A stretch of 63,731 bases of DNA, the filler included, from Octopus bimaculoides (Eukaryota), in assembly GCF_001194135.2 (NCBI RefSeq). It is 5 parts of 4 records of this genome, joined end to end, with 100 filler letters (N's around TTAATTAATTAA, not from the genome) between each part and the next. Parts side by side here need not be neighbours in the genome. Positions count along the whole stretch, not along the records: positions 1 to 27,193 come from NC_068991.1; 4 more parts are not named here. The stretch is one strand, 5' to 3'. The notes under the pieces are model-generated. The model was not told the origin of the DNA and did no database searches. It saw only the letters and a list, made by a program, of their open reading frames with translations. Shown here piece by piece: positions 1-12,693 of the stretch. Made by a program: the position numbers and the translations under genes. How positions within the stretch are numbered: the stretch's first letter is position 1; every line of letters starts with the position of its first letter.

Positions 1-55
1 TATATATAATTTATATTATTATATGATCGAACGCCACGCATCTATTTCCAAATAA

Positions 56-98
<43 letters not shown>

Positions 99-353
99 GC
101 CATAACAGTGTTCCTGCCATTATTTCACCGCCTTTCTTAAGTAATCATAATAATTACAGTAATAATCTTTGTTAATAGAGGATGATGTAAAAGAAGAAGA
201 AAAATAAATCCTTGATTAATCCAAACTGAGAATGTGGATTTGTGAAGGTTTCAGTTGGTGTGAGGTAGGTAAAGTCCAGTTTTTGTTGTTGTTGTTGTTA
301 TTTTGAGGATGGGTTGTCAATATCAATGTCATTTGACGTATAGGTGGCTATTC

Positions 354-2968
354 TTAAAAAGGGTCAAACGATGACGTGTCATGACTATCCCAGCTAGAGT
401 CTGATGTTATTATAGTATCATTGCCATGAGTGTCATGATTAGAAGTGTTATGTGAGATGCTAATTGGTTGCAGTTCAAACTTCGTTGGAGTAGTAATATT
501 TAGAATTTCTAACTTGGCCGAGTTGGTTTTAGTCTCGTCTGACGACACTGAGAAATTTGAATCAGAAAATGAAGGACGAGACAAAGTCTCAGAGGCTGGG
601 GATAAGTCTTTTCCGTTAAATTTCAAATGCTTATCGGAAGCAGCTTTCAAGTTATCTTCATTGATTTCCGACCATGAAGAAACAATATGGCTGGTGTCAA
701 CAGTTTGAGGTGAAGAAGTATCGTCTCGATGATCTTCTCCATCTAAATGATTTAGTGTTGTATCGTTATGTGCTTCTAAGGTAGTTGGCAGTAATTCGTC
801 GTTGCCAGTGGATATTTTTAAAGAAATCGGGTTTGTTAGCATACTTTTTGGAGACAAGCTTTGTGTGTCAGTCGATTGTTCGTCTTCCGTCATTTCAAAA
901 AACGCCTCGTCTTTCTTGTTGTGTTCTTCATCACTATCGGTTGATATATGTATGTCACGAGGAGAAATGTTGCGATCAGATAAATCTGGATTGTTCTCTT
1001 GTGAACTATCAAAGCTTATATCTGAATGATTCCTGTGAGCGTTGGACACGTCGGCTGGAGACTCTGTATGCAAAATATTTTGAACTTTTTTCAGTGCTTT
1101 ACTGAAAAATCCCTCCCGATGTTTTTCTTTGCTCTTTGGACTATTAGGTGAATTTAAGTCTGTATTGCCTGCTTCTGTTGAGGTTTCTAAAACATAAGAT
1201 TTGCTATTGGACGTCACGTCTTCTTTGATGAAACTGTTTATATTGGAATCGCTGGATTCGTTCAGAGTAAATTTTGTATCGGTTTCTATCGCCATGTCAT
1301 GGTTTGAATTTTTAAATGCTGAATCTATTTTAATAGAATCATTGTCTGAGTGATATGGCGAGGCTTCAGAAGTATGAACTCTTTTAGCAGCTAATTTGGG
1401 AGAATATGAATCGTCAGTCTCGCTCATTAAGGAGGAACTGTCATCCAGGCGTAAAAAGTTTGTCATAAATGGTAAAGGAAACGTTGCGTTTTGGTTTTCA
1501 CTTTCATTAATTTTCCCTCCAAATTCTTCATTTGCATTATTTTTCTTATTTCCCAAAGTAGCAAAATTATAATCATTTGAAGATGCACTACTTGAGCTCC
1601 CATCCAGTTTAAAACTTGTAGTTTTGGTGGGTTGTTTTATAAGCGACTGCATACTAAATTCATCGTCACCAAACAACGGCATAGGAAAGCTAGTGTCTAC
1701 ATTGTTTTGTGAATCATAGTTTCGGTCCCAAATCTTATTCTTGAAATTGTCATCAGTCGATAATAAACCTTTAGCCCTTTTTACTACAGAATCATTTGCA
1801 TTAGTTTCCAGTTCATCCGAAGTTAGATGGAGGTCAACGTTATTTTGAAGATCTCTACTGGGTAGATTTGTCACATCATGATCTTTTGTTAGGTCAATTC
1901 TGGTGGGAATGTCTGGTGAATCTAACTGTATGATCGCACTTTCGTCATGGCTTGGTATTTTCATCATCTCAGAATCAGAGGCAAAGCTATCGCTATCTGC
2001 AATATATTTGCTAATATTATTTTCTACGGCACCCTCATCTCTAACAAATTTTACAGGCATTGTCAATAAGTTTTCTGTAGGAGATTTTAGATGAGTCATA
2101 TCTGTTTTAGGTTCTTGTATTTCATTCAAATCGGTAAAATTGCCGTCAAAGGAAGGGATTTCTGGGGGATTTTTGAAAGGGGACTTGAGAGAAACATCTT
2201 TTTTAATTGGTGTGATTTCTGCTTCCAATTCTTTTAGAGATGGTTTTTCATTAAAAATAGTCTCAGAATTTAAACTAAAAGGGTTAACATCAGTAAAATC
2301 GTTACCCACTGATAGATTATCGGCTACAATTCCATTTGTGATATTTTTGTTTGGTATGTCATCTCTGATGTTTGGATTTTGAGAGAAAGCAGTCTGATTT
2401 GTTGTCACAGAGATTGTGTCTTCGATAGGTGTTCTATCACTAGGCAGTTTCTCCGGATTGAAGCGCGGTATATTACTCTTGTCATTTATTTTATCATATA
2501 ATTCAGAAAAATGAGCTGAATAACGTATACTTCTTTCTAGTTCTGCAAATTCACTTTCTGAATTTAGAGAGCGTTTTCTTTCGTTATCTGGAACCTCCAA
2601 TTCCAGTCCCGTTGATTTTTCTTCTGCTTCGTGTTTCAAATCTAAAAATTCTTTATCATACTTGGAAAACTGCAAATCCATTTTGTCATCGATATTTGAA
2701 ATATCTTCTCTGGATTTTAAGCTGCCGTCTGTGTTTCCATCAATCTGTGAAGCCAGAGAAGGAAAGCGTAGGTTTCGTGAATTTACCAGATTGTCTTTTT
2801 CAGGCAGAATTTTTTTCTCTTTATCAAATTTGCCAGCGCTTTCTTTTTCCGAATGGACTACTACTTCTAATGTACCTGGGCTTGGTGATATATCACATTC
2901 AGAATCGAAGAGACTGCTATTTGTAGAACCATGAAATTTGACTATAGATGAATCATGTCTCGGACTTT
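354..2968 (-). CDS. Large terminal coding exon (at least 871 aa visible, 5' part lost in the N gap 2969-3803) of an acidic Ser/Asp/Asn-rich, probably disordered protein; likely last exon of the PDZ gene
   Basis: Uninterrupted 2.6-kb reading frame in AT-rich DNA, ending ...DSSWDSHDTSSFDPF-TAA (stop 354-356). The MAT start at 3812 in the track is only read-through of the gap. Linkage to the PDZ exon is inferred from strand and position. Confidence 0.88.
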
Positions 2969-4456
2969 NNNNNNNNNNNNNNNNNNNNNNNNNNNNNNNN
3001 NNNNNNNNNNNNNNNNNNNNNNNNNNNNNNNNNNNNNNNNNNNNNNNNNNNNNNNNNNNNNNNNNNNNNNNNNNNNNNNNNNNNNNNNNNNNNNNNNNNN
3101 NNNNNNNNNNNNNNNNNNNNNNNNNNNNNNNNNNNNNNNNNNNNNNNNNNNNNNNNNNNNNNNNNNNNNNNNNNNNNNNNNNNNNNNNNNNNNNNNNNNN
3201 NNNNNNNNNNNNNNNNNNNNNNNNNNNNNNNNNNNNNNNNNNNNNNNNNNNNNNNNNNNNNNNNNNNNNNNNNNNNNNNNNNNNNNNNNNNNNNNNNNNN
3301 NNNNNNNNNNNNNNNNNNNNNNNNNNNNNNNNNNNNNNNNNNNNNNNNNNNNNNNNNNNNNNNNNNNNNNNNNNNNNNNNNNNNNNNNNNNNNNNNNNNN
3401 NNNNNNNNNNNNNNNNNNNNNNNNNNNNNNNNNNNNNNNNNNNNNNNNNNNNNNNNNNNNNNNNNNNNNNNNNNNNNNNNNNNNNNNNNNNNNNNNNNNN
3501 NNNNNNNNNNNNNNNNNNNNNNNNNNNNNNNNNNNNNNNNNNNNNNNNNNNNNNNNNNNNNNNNNNNNNNNNNNNNNNNNNNNNNNNNNNNNNNNNNNNN
3601 NNNNNNNNNNNNNNNNNNNNNNNNNNNNNNNNNNNNNNNNNNNNNNNNNNNNNNNNNNNNNNNNNNNNNNNNNNNNNNNNNNNNNNNNNNNNNNNNNNNN
3701 NNNNNNNNNNNNNNNNNNNNNNNNNNNNNNNNNNNNNNNNNNNNNNNNNNNNNNNNNNNNNNNNNNNNNNNNNNNNNNNNNNNNNNNNNNNNNNNNNNNN
3801 NNNTGTCGCCAATACAACAACCGCACTACCATATATTTTTCTTTTAAGGCGAGGTTATACCACAAATAAGGTTCCGTGACTACATGAGGCTATGGGTACA
3901 CACGTGAAGTTAGTTTTACAATATCGACCCGCAAAATCCTTAGCATCGGATTGTTTTTGGGTTGTTCTTACTTTTTTTTTGTTTTGGGAATTTTTGTTTT
4001 TTTTATTTTTAGTTCTTTTTATTATTCAAAATGTACATAGGAAATAGCCTTTAACCAAATCCACCACACTGCCCGAGTGAAACCGGGAAAAACAGCTAGT
4101 AATATATACTTTACAATGTATAGTANNNNNNNNNNNNNNNNNNNNNNNNNNNNNNNNNNNNNNNNNNNNNNNNNNNNNNNNNNNNNNNNNNNNNNNNNNN
4201 NNNNNNNNNNNNNNNNNNNNNNNNNNNNNNNNNNNNNNNNNNNNNNNNNNNNNNNNNNNNNNNNNNNNNNNNNNNNNNNNNNNNNNNNNNNNNNNNNNNN
4301 NNNNNNNNNNNNNNNNNNNNNNNNNNNNNNNNNNNNNNNNNNNNNNNNNNNNNNNNNNNNNNNNNNNNNNNNNNNNNNNNNNNNNNNNNNNNNNNNNNNN
4401 NNNNNNNNNNNNNNNNNNNNNNNNNNNNNNNNNNNNNNNNNNNNNNNNNNNNNNNN

Positions 4457-4493
<37 letters not shown>

Positions 4494-4519
4494 ACCCTCT
4501 CCTTCTGACTCTTTACATG

Positions 4520-4905
4520 CTAAGCTCAAACTCTGCCAAGGTCAACATTGCTTTTCATTATTTCGAGGTAAATAAAGTAAGTACCAGTCAAGTCAAATAC
4601 TGGGGATCAATGTAATTGGCATGCCCCTCCTCTCAACACTCTTGAACTTGTGTCTATATTGGACAGATTATTATTATTAATAAGGTGGGGAACTGGCACA
4701 ATTGTTACTGCGATTGGGAAAATGTCTTGTGGCATTTCTTCCAGTTTTAAGTTCTGAATTCAAATTCCACTGTTGTTATCTTTGCCTGTCATCCTCTTGG
4801 GGTTGATAAAACAAGTATCAGTTGGGTATTGAGGTCGATGTAATCAACTAATCCCTCCTAAAACTTTGGGCCTTGTGCTTATTGCAGACAGAAAGGATTA
4901 TCATT
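4520..4905 (+). mobile_element. Two tandem degenerate copies of SINE family C (core gtcgactttgcctttcatcc...taagtaccag)
   Basis: Motifs aaggtcaacattgcttttcat, taagtaccag and tggggatcaatgtaat repeat at 4528-4680 and 4683-4900; same family as 28951 and 30642. Confidence 0.7.
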
Positions 4906-4967
4906 ATTATGAAAACATGTGTATGTTCATAGAACAGCTAGAAATGGTGAAACTCTTGGCTACTTAC

Positions 4968-5112
4968 CGGCTCTTAACTTCCCTGATTCCTTTGCTGGTC
5001 CTCTGTTTCTTACCTCGTCAATATATATCCCTTCTCTCATATTACCTGATATGTTGAAACCAAGACCAGTGAAGTCCTGGCTTAACAAATCCGCACTTAC
5101 AATTTCCGGATC
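4968..5112 (-). CDS. Internal exon encoding the N-terminal two-thirds of a PDZ domain (periaxin/AHNAK-like type)
   Basis: Acceptor tcttttttgtctgttttAG, donor GTaagtag; 145 nt, phase 0 in and phase 1 out. Translation DPEIVSADLLSQDFTGLGFNISGNMREGIYIDEVRNRGPAKESGKLRA(G) shows the GLGF carboxylate loop, the GIYI strand and GPA..SG.L..G. Not in the ORF track because it has no start codon. Confidence 0.9.
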
Positions 5113-5419
5113 CTAAAACAGACAAAAAGATAGAAAGAAAGTAAGAAAATAAAAAAAACAATGAAAATAATTTATTGGATGACAATCGATCTCAAATAAC
5201 TCACAAGCTTTTAGGTTCATTTCATTTTGTCAAGTTACATAGAAGCCTACTAGAAATATACCCTCCTTGCTGAAAACAACGCTCAGCTGAAACGCAAAAA
5301 GTTGGTGGTTCTCGACATGGCTACAAGAAATTGTGTGAAACAAAGAGTAAAAGAATAAGCCTGATAGTATAAGAAATAATTGGAAAATATTTTATTTCCA
5401 ATATTTCAATCTAAAATGT

Positions 5420-5620
5420 AAGGCAGAATCATTAGCACACTGGTTAAAATGCTTAGTGGCATTTCATCCGCCAGCACATTCTGAGTTCAAATTCTCCCAA
5501 GATCAACTTTGCCTTTCAGGGTCAATAAAATAAGTACTAGTTGAACACTGGGGTCGATGTAATCAACTTGTCCTCTCCTATGAAATTGCTCGTCTTGCAC
5601 CAAAATTTGAAATCAATATT
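5420..5620 (+). mobile_element. SINE family C copy
   Basis: ggcagaatcattagcac...ttctgagttcaaattc...caactttgcctttc...taagtactag...ggggtcgatgtaatcaac. Confidence 0.75.
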
Positions 5621-5649
5621 TTGGTCTAAAATATAACATATTCAAGGAC

Positions 5650-6370
5650 ATTAGTATTGTGAAGAGGGTACTATCCTTGTTCGTCTCTAACTAAGCTGAA
5701 ATTTGGATGTAAATGTAATTTAGGAAACATATGACAACCTACATCGTATAAAATCTCAATTTGTGTTTTAACACCATTTAAAAAAAATAAGAATTTGCAC
5801 AAATTTATTTGGAATCTTGTTTGCCACACATTCAGCACCAGTGATGTGAGTATTTCATCAGAAGTTTTGTATTTTTTAGTAACTCTCAAATTTGAAGACC
5901 TATAAAAATCCTTCTCTTTAATTTTGGTAAAATTTAAGTTTGGAAGTATTTTTGAGAGAAATTGAAATCCTCTAGAATGTTTTTTTTTTAGTTTTAGTCA
6001 TTGCCTCAACAAATTATAACAAGTCTAATATGAAGAGATGGTTTCTTTTGGGTTAGCTAGGCTAAAGGAAAAAAACTCAATAATTGTAACAATACAGAAA
6101 GAAGATCTGTAAGGTGATCTTCAGTTCCCTCCAAAAGCAAAAGACATTGAGGGCCTCTTTTTCTTCAACTAGTCTTGCAAGCCATTTGAACACACTGCAT
6201 GAATCTGATGAGGAACTCATGGCTTGTCTTGGTCAACAAGTTGACAGTCGAAATATAGTAGCTTGTGCTTCAGTTTTTATGATCTCTTTTAACATGTTAG
6301 CATTATGATATAATTGTGAAGCTACCGTAGACATAGCAAGAAGTGTCAGGATGATTTCTACATTCCCTAA
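5650..6370 (-). mobile_element. Degenerate, internally deleted DNA-transposase relic (probably Chapaev-3/CMC-like)
   Basis: Minus-strand remnants CRNHPDTSCYVYG, LYFDCQLVDQDKP*VPHQ..CSNGLQD*LKK, IFIGLQI*E, GCHMFPKLH and DEQG follow the order of the CxNxPDxFCYxCG...GDQDKxWAPH...GIFxGPQIR...SDEQGERFHQ transposase family. The superfamily name is inference. Confidence 0.7.
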
Positions 6371-6509
6371 ACATGTAGCTAGTTTAATTAGGTTAAATTA
6401 TAATTGTTAAAAGAAACGAAAATAAATTAATAAAAGCAATATTATAGAGGAGTTGTCATAATTATGCAGTTGTTATGACTGGTTGATTTCTCCAACATAT
6501 AGAGAGGAT

Positions 6510-6557
6510 AGAAGAGAGAGAGAGAAGGAGAAAGAGAGAGAGGGGAAGAGAGAGAGG

Positions 6558-6630
<73 letters not shown>

Positions 6631-6632
6631 AG
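6510..6632. repeat. (GA)n microsatellite
   Basis: Direct reading; source of the poly-LS ORFs 6442-6719. Confidence 0.97.
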
Positions 6633-7460
6633 AGACACATAGCATAAAAGAGAGATATGGAAAGCTGCAAGATGAGTGCACATACTAAACTTTATTTCGT
6701 CATTTACTATAAGCACCAAGATTCAATAAAGGTTGAATTATAATTATTATAAATATGCCATATTTCCTTATATTTACCTATAGCGGTATAGGTGTACTTA
6801 CAATGTTATCCATTTTATGACAGGTAACACTCTAGCTTTGAGTAATAAGGTAGGTAAAGAAACAAAAAAGTAAATGATCATATCTAGAAACAATGGTACA
6901 TTCCAGGTGGGGGAATTTCAAAATCAGTGCAAAATGATATTTTAATATTCTTAAAATCATCTCAAATAAAAATTATTAGTTTGCCTATATAAACATTGAA
7001 TTATTTATTTTCGAAACAATTCCATTTTTTTTTTTTCACCAATAAATGTACAACCTTTTCTATTTACTTAGTAATTCTCTCACCATTTCGTCAAGAATGA
7101 TAACAAAGTAACTGTTCCACTGATGAGGTCAAAATAGGAACAAAACCTGAGTAGAGTTATCTTCCATACTTAACATCATTGACTGATATTGCTTTATATT
7201 TCTCATTGCACAGTTATTTCTTGCTACATGAATAAAAATATATCAACACTAAGTTAATCAGTAGCAGTAAACTTAAGAAGGTGATGAATTCGTAGAGCTG
7301 TTAGGGTTGTCGGATAGAAATCCTTTTATTAATATTTGTTCTGGCTCTGAGTTCAAATCCTGCCAAAATCTTCTTTGCCTCTCAACCCTTCTAGATTGGT
7401 AAATATATTACCAGACAAGTACTGGGAGGGAATTTTTCATTCCTTCTCTGCATGGGAGCT

Positions 7461-7992
7461 CTTTACTCTTTACTCTTTACTCTTTACTCTTTACTCTTTA
7501 CTCTTTACTCTTTTTACTCTGTTACTTGTTTCAGTCATTTGACTGCGACCATGCTGGAGCACTGCCTTTAGTCGAGCAAATCGACCCCAGGACTTATTCT
7601 TTGGAAGCCTAGTACTTATTCTATCGGTCACTTTTGCCGAACCGCTAAGTTATGGGGACGTAAACACACCAGCATCGGTTGTCAAGCAATGCTAGGGGGA
7701 CAAACACAGACACACAAACATATACACACANNNNNNNNNNNNNNNNNNNNNNNNNNNNNNNNNNNNNNNNNNNNNNNNNNNNNNNNNNNNNNNNNNNNNN
7801 NNNNNNNNNNNNNNNNNNNNNNTATATACGACGGGCTTCTTTCAGTTTCCGTCTACCAAATCCACTCACAAGGCTTCGGTCGGCCCGAGGCTATAAGTAG
7901 AAGACACTTGCCCAAGGTGCCACGCAGTGGGACTGAACCCAGAACCATGTAATTGGTAAGCAAGCTACTTACCACTCCCGCCACACCCGCTA
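7461..7992 (-). mobile_element. SINE family B copy (tRNA-like head, internal TA/TG microsatellite, (AGAGTAA)n tail)
   Basis: Reverse complement of the copy at 22876-23294; tail (TTTACTC)n at 7461-7520; internal microsatellite lost in an N gap. Confidence 0.92.
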
Positions 7993-8649
7993 TGATTTTT
8001 CAGAAACGTAAAAGGGTTCAGAGTGGGGCTAGCTACCTCTTGTAATAGAAAAACTGCCCCATGCCACAGGAACCATCCAAAGAACAAAAGTTAACTAATG
8101 ACCTATTGATTCATTGTGAATTCTCCTGTCTTAGAAATAGATGAGGGCTCCTCCATTTCTTGCTGAACAACCTGTACTGAATGATTTGATTACAGTGATT
8201 GAATGCTTGTGTTATACATCAGCACATTCCCTCCATCAAATCCACATTGCCTGAACAGATGCTCAGTTTCCTACTTGTCAGATGTCAAAGTGATTGCAGA
8301 GCAACGTTAGATGATGTGTTTTACTCAAGAACACAATGCCCCGCGCAGTCTGGGAATCGAAACCAGGGTCTTGTGATCATGAGCACAACGTCATAACCAC
8401 TACGCCACGAACCCTCACTGCTGATTATAGATTTATTGGTTACACAGTTAATTACAGTTGAATGATTTGGCAACAAATACATTTCTATATTTTGAACAAA
8501 GCACTGATGTAGATATAAAAACATGCATAGCTGTTCAATTTTAGGGTTCCTGGCTTCCTATAACTCTCATTTTTGCTGTCAGCATAGTCATAGTGTGCAT
8601 ATATGTTTGTGTATGTGTGTGAATGTGTGTATGTGTGTGTGAGGTGGAT

Positions 8650-9027
8650 GTGCAATGGCCCAGTGGTTAGGGCAGCGAACTCGCGGTCATAGGATCACGG
8701 TTTCGATTCCCAGACCAGGCGTTGTGAGTGTTTATTGAGCAAAAACACCTAAAGTTCCACGAGGCTCCAGCAGGGGTCGGTGGCGAACCATGCTGTACTC
8801 TTTCACCACAACTTTCTCTCACTCTTACTTCCTGTTTCTGTGGTACCTGTACTTCAAAGGGCCAGCCTTGTCACACTCTGTGTCATGCTGAATATCCCCA
8901 AGAACTACATTAAGGGTACACGTGTCTGTGGAGTGCTCAGCCACTTGCACGTTAATTTCATGAGCAGGCTGTTCCATCGTTCAGATCAACTGGAACCCTT
9001 GTTGTCATAACTGATGGAGTGCCACGA
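8650..9027 (+). mobile_element. SINE family A copy (tRNA-derived)
   Basis: A-box tggcccagtggttag and B-box-like ggtttcgattcc; body aligns along its length with 37563-37940. Confidence 0.9.
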
Positions 9028-9327
9028 TGTGTGTGTACTCAAGCACACACATGTACATACATACACACACACATACATACATACATACATACATACATAC
9101 ATACACACACAATGAAAAGAATAAAAACAAGTCATTGGTAGCTTAGTCTATTAGAAATAGCAGCTTATATCTTTCTTGAGTTATATATACATTATTATCT
9201 GTGGACAAAAAAAAAAGGCATGAGAAACACGTTGGATAATATAGTCCTAATACACAACATCAAAGAGAGGAACAAACCAAACATGACTGGATGAAAGTTC
9301 AACTCACTCACGGCTGTCCCAAAGCTG

Positions 9328-9351
9328 AACAACAACAACAACAACAACAGT

Positions 9352-9383
<32 letters not shown>

Positions 9384-9422
9384 AAACAACAGCAACAACA
9401 ACAACATCAACAACAACAAACA
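9328..9422. repeat. (CAA)n microsatellite
   Basis: Direct reading. Confidence 0.96.
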
Positions 9423-9599
9423 GTAAACTGGAACTTACTTGCAAAAAGCTATTCAGAGAGCAATATGAACCATACTCGGTGCCAGCAAACTGCACTTTGG
9501 GAAGTGAATTCCAGTCTTTCTTGCTTAGAGAGCTCGGACCATTATATGAAGCGAGGGTCTGGATTTAAACATGTATTGGTCATTTATTAAGGTTTACTT

Positions 9600-9850
9600 G
9601 TATGCATGCATGCATGCTTACATACATACACACACACATATATATTTATAAATGTATATATAAATATATGCATACATAAAGGCACACACACATAGATACA
9701 TACATACACACATACATACATACATTCATACATACATACATACATACATACATACATACATTCATACATACATTCATACATACATACATACATACATACA
9801 TACATACATACATACATTCATACATACATACATACATACATACATACACC
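9600..9850. repeat. (TACA)n/(CA)n compound microsatellite
   Basis: Direct reading; source of the MYVC ORFs. Confidence 0.96.
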
Positions 9851-10283
9851 TGAATATATATATATTTGTATGTGCAGGGTGGGACACATTTCACTGGTTG
9901 ACAAATGTTTTAACAACAAACACACAATTTATAATAGTCAAACTGCAATGGTAACTAATAAAACGGTAAAATATTATCTACATGAAGACTCCATTACCAT
10001 CTAACTAACCTTACTAGTGCCACATTAACGAGCATGTAAAATGTGGGAGGTTTTTCTGTCGCACTCTCTCTCTTTCTCTCTTTCTATGTATGTGTGTCTG
10101 CATGTGTGATGTATGTATATATGAGAAATACTGCAAGAGACAATAAAATAATTACAATTCATAAGGCCACAGACAGCCAACTGCACCTATCGTATGTATC
10201 ATATTCCACCTTTCCAAAGTCTTTGAGAGAGAATCATAGGCAGAAAGAGAATAGTGTAGAAAAAAAGATGTTCTTTTTTAACA

Positions 10284-10710
10284 ATGGTGGACTTTGCAGA
10301 TGATACAGCAATCATATCTGATAAGATAGATCAAGCACAGCAGCTGCTCAGGAGAGTAGAAGCATCAGCTATCAAAATTGGACTAAATACAAATGTCAAG
10401 AAAACCGAACACACGTCTTTCAACCGATCAAGTGATGCTGAACTTTTTACTCTGAGCGGTTACAAATTTGATGTTGTTGAAAACTTCAAGTACTTAGATG
10501 GATGAGTGAACAGTTTGGAAGCAGACATTAAGATCAGGAAGGTACAAGTATGGACAGCCTGTCACAAGCAAAAGGTCTGGAACTCCAAACTGCCAAGGCG
10601 AATCAAAATCAAGCTGTACATCGCAACTGTCAAATAAGTGCTGTTATATGGCAGTGAAACATGGACACTGATAAAGAAATTATCAAATGGGCTTGATGGC
10701 TGCTTTGCAA
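10284..10710 (+). mobile_element. Non-LTR retrotransposon RT C-terminal fragment (RTE-like)
   Basis: DFADDTAII catalytic motif, ENFKYLDG, then EADIKIRK...VLLYGSETWTL after a stop codon. Confidence 0.88.
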
Positions 10711-10720
10711 TATTTTTTAA

Positions 10721-10940
10721 CCCTTTCGTTACTGTATTTATTTTGAGATGCTCTGTGTCTCTTTCAATTACTTTAAATATACAAAAGAATTTAGTAAAAT
10801 AACTTAATTATCATTAAGCTAGTGTTAGGAACATAAATTGTGACTAAGGTTTGGTGGAAGATTTTAATTCAAAACTTATGAAAACAAGACATTTGTACTC
10901 AGACTCAGAGCCGGTTTCAGCCGGGCTGGTAACGAAAGGG
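10721..10940. mobile_element. piggyBac-type MITE, 220 bp
   Basis: TTAA target duplication at 10717-10720 and 10941-10944; perfect 12-bp TIRs CCCTTTCGTTAC...GTAACGAAAGGG. Confidence 0.9.
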
Positions 10941-11149
10941 TTAACACAACCTTAAAACTTTTCTGGAGGTGACAATACTCTGCACAGTTACTTAATAACA
11001 ACCCAAAACTGTAGGAAAAGCAGCATACAACATTAACAATGAGATGAATATATAGAAAACAGCATAAACTAGATAACAGACTGAAGACCATCATAAAGTA
11101 GGAAGCATAAGGAAAATGTTTACCTTAAACCCTAAACCTAGATAAAAAC

Positions 11150-12480
11150 TTGATGAAAATTTTAAATAATTTCAACAATAATATTAGGAAGGCTATCAAC
11201 CTCTAGTGATGCAACATGGTTGGTTTATCAGTATTAGTTATAAGCATAACTCTCAAATTATCCAATTTGACATTGCCAAATTTAGCCTTTCATCTCTAAA
11301 TCTGAAGTGCTTAGAGTTCACAAAGAAAGACTTATAAAACAATAAAAGATAAAGGAACTGAGATTATCAATCATGTTAGATATCACTCAATTTTGACAAA
11401 GATTCTGACTGGGTAAAATCTGACCACTCTAGTACTGTTGAAGTAAGCATGGGGGATTATGATAGCATAGAGATATGAAAGCTTCTAGGATTATATATCC
11501 TGGATATACAAAGCAAGAGGCTTACTTCAAAAGACATTGATTCTTATAAAGACACTTTGTCAGCTATATCCAAATAAGCCAACTAACACACATTAGCTAT
11601 ATTAAGGGATAACCTTATCTACACATTTAGGGTACATTTTATATGCTGAATTTAACAATAAACTTTTATAAAACTTTTAGTAAACCTAATGAAAAACTTA
11701 TGTTAAGATAGGCTCCTGCCACATACCCTTAAAATTTTTAAATCTCAAAACGGTACAAGAATTTTCATTTTACTCTTAAAGAAGGAAATCTTTGCTGAAA
11801 GTTTCTTTACTCAAATAATATCTTGGAAGCGAACAAATTCAAAGATAAAATTGCATTTGCTACCAGCCTTGCCAACTCAAAAATAGTAAAAAGTGACAAA
11901 ACATACTCTGCTTTACACTTCCTATTTTTATTAAACATTAAGTCAAATATTCATTAAAACCTTTTCAGTATTAACTGATAACCACTTCTCACCAACTATA
12001 AATTTAGAAAAATATATAATGGATATGATTTAAATAAACGTACAGTTGCACAACCATTATGAACTTCACTATATTGCATATGCTTCCAAAAATATGGCTC
12101 TGATTGTATATGCAGAGATACCAGCATAAGTTTACACAATATGTCATGCAACACAGGCTTCATTACAAATGAAACTGAAGCTGATCCACCAAAGTAAACT
12201 AAACCAAATTTCAACAAAGCACATAAACGCTATATAAGCATGACAGAAGGGACATATAATTCGAAAAATAACTATCATACTTCTTTGAAACACATTAAAA
12301 AAAAGAAATGTGAGAAAGTTATCCAATTATATCTGGCAATTAAAAGATAACTCTTCTTTTATAAATGCCAATTATTAAAGATTGTAACCTTAAATGAATG
12401 CTAATGAAGTTAAAATCTCTGCACAGTTGAAAAAGGTCTCACCCTTAAAAACCTATATAATTCTCATGGTGAATTCTAGT
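11150..12480 (+). mobile_element. Degenerate Penelope-like retroelement (RT plus GIY-YIG endonuclease)
   Basis: MGDYDSIEI*KLLGLYIL at 11449 resembles the PLE motif MGSYDGAEICELVGLYIL; YISMTEGT...HTSLKH...LSNYIWQLKDN from 12231 resembles the GIY-YIG region. Confidence 0.78.
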
Positions 12481-12693
12481 TTTTGGAAAATGTAAACAAT
12501 TTGACATGAACCTGTTCTATAAGTGGACCCTACTACTATTACTAGATCAAACAGAACACACTAACATTATTCACTAGATCACAATATCTATTTCTTTTAT
12601 TAATTAATGTCTATATATTTTGTAGGCATATGTATGTATTGCTCTGTAATTGTTATCAAGTGAATGTCTGCTTGCATGTGTGTGTGTGTGTGT

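Noticed and set aside
445-2934. Plus-strand ORFs overlapping the big terminal exon
   Set aside because: They are shadow frames antisense to a real coding exon, with no recognisable motifs.
2938-4529. Long ORFs made of X residues (also at 21740-22281, 38892-39914, 41314-42530, 43633-44791, 52951-53527)
   Set aside because: They are read-through of N gaps, not evidence of coding sequence.
7115-7175. CTGATGA-containing hammerhead-like motif (similar ones near 5270, 43490-43520 and 47470-47510)
   Set aside because: The GAAA box is mutated and stems I-III cannot be paired convincingly; at most decayed pLTR remnants.
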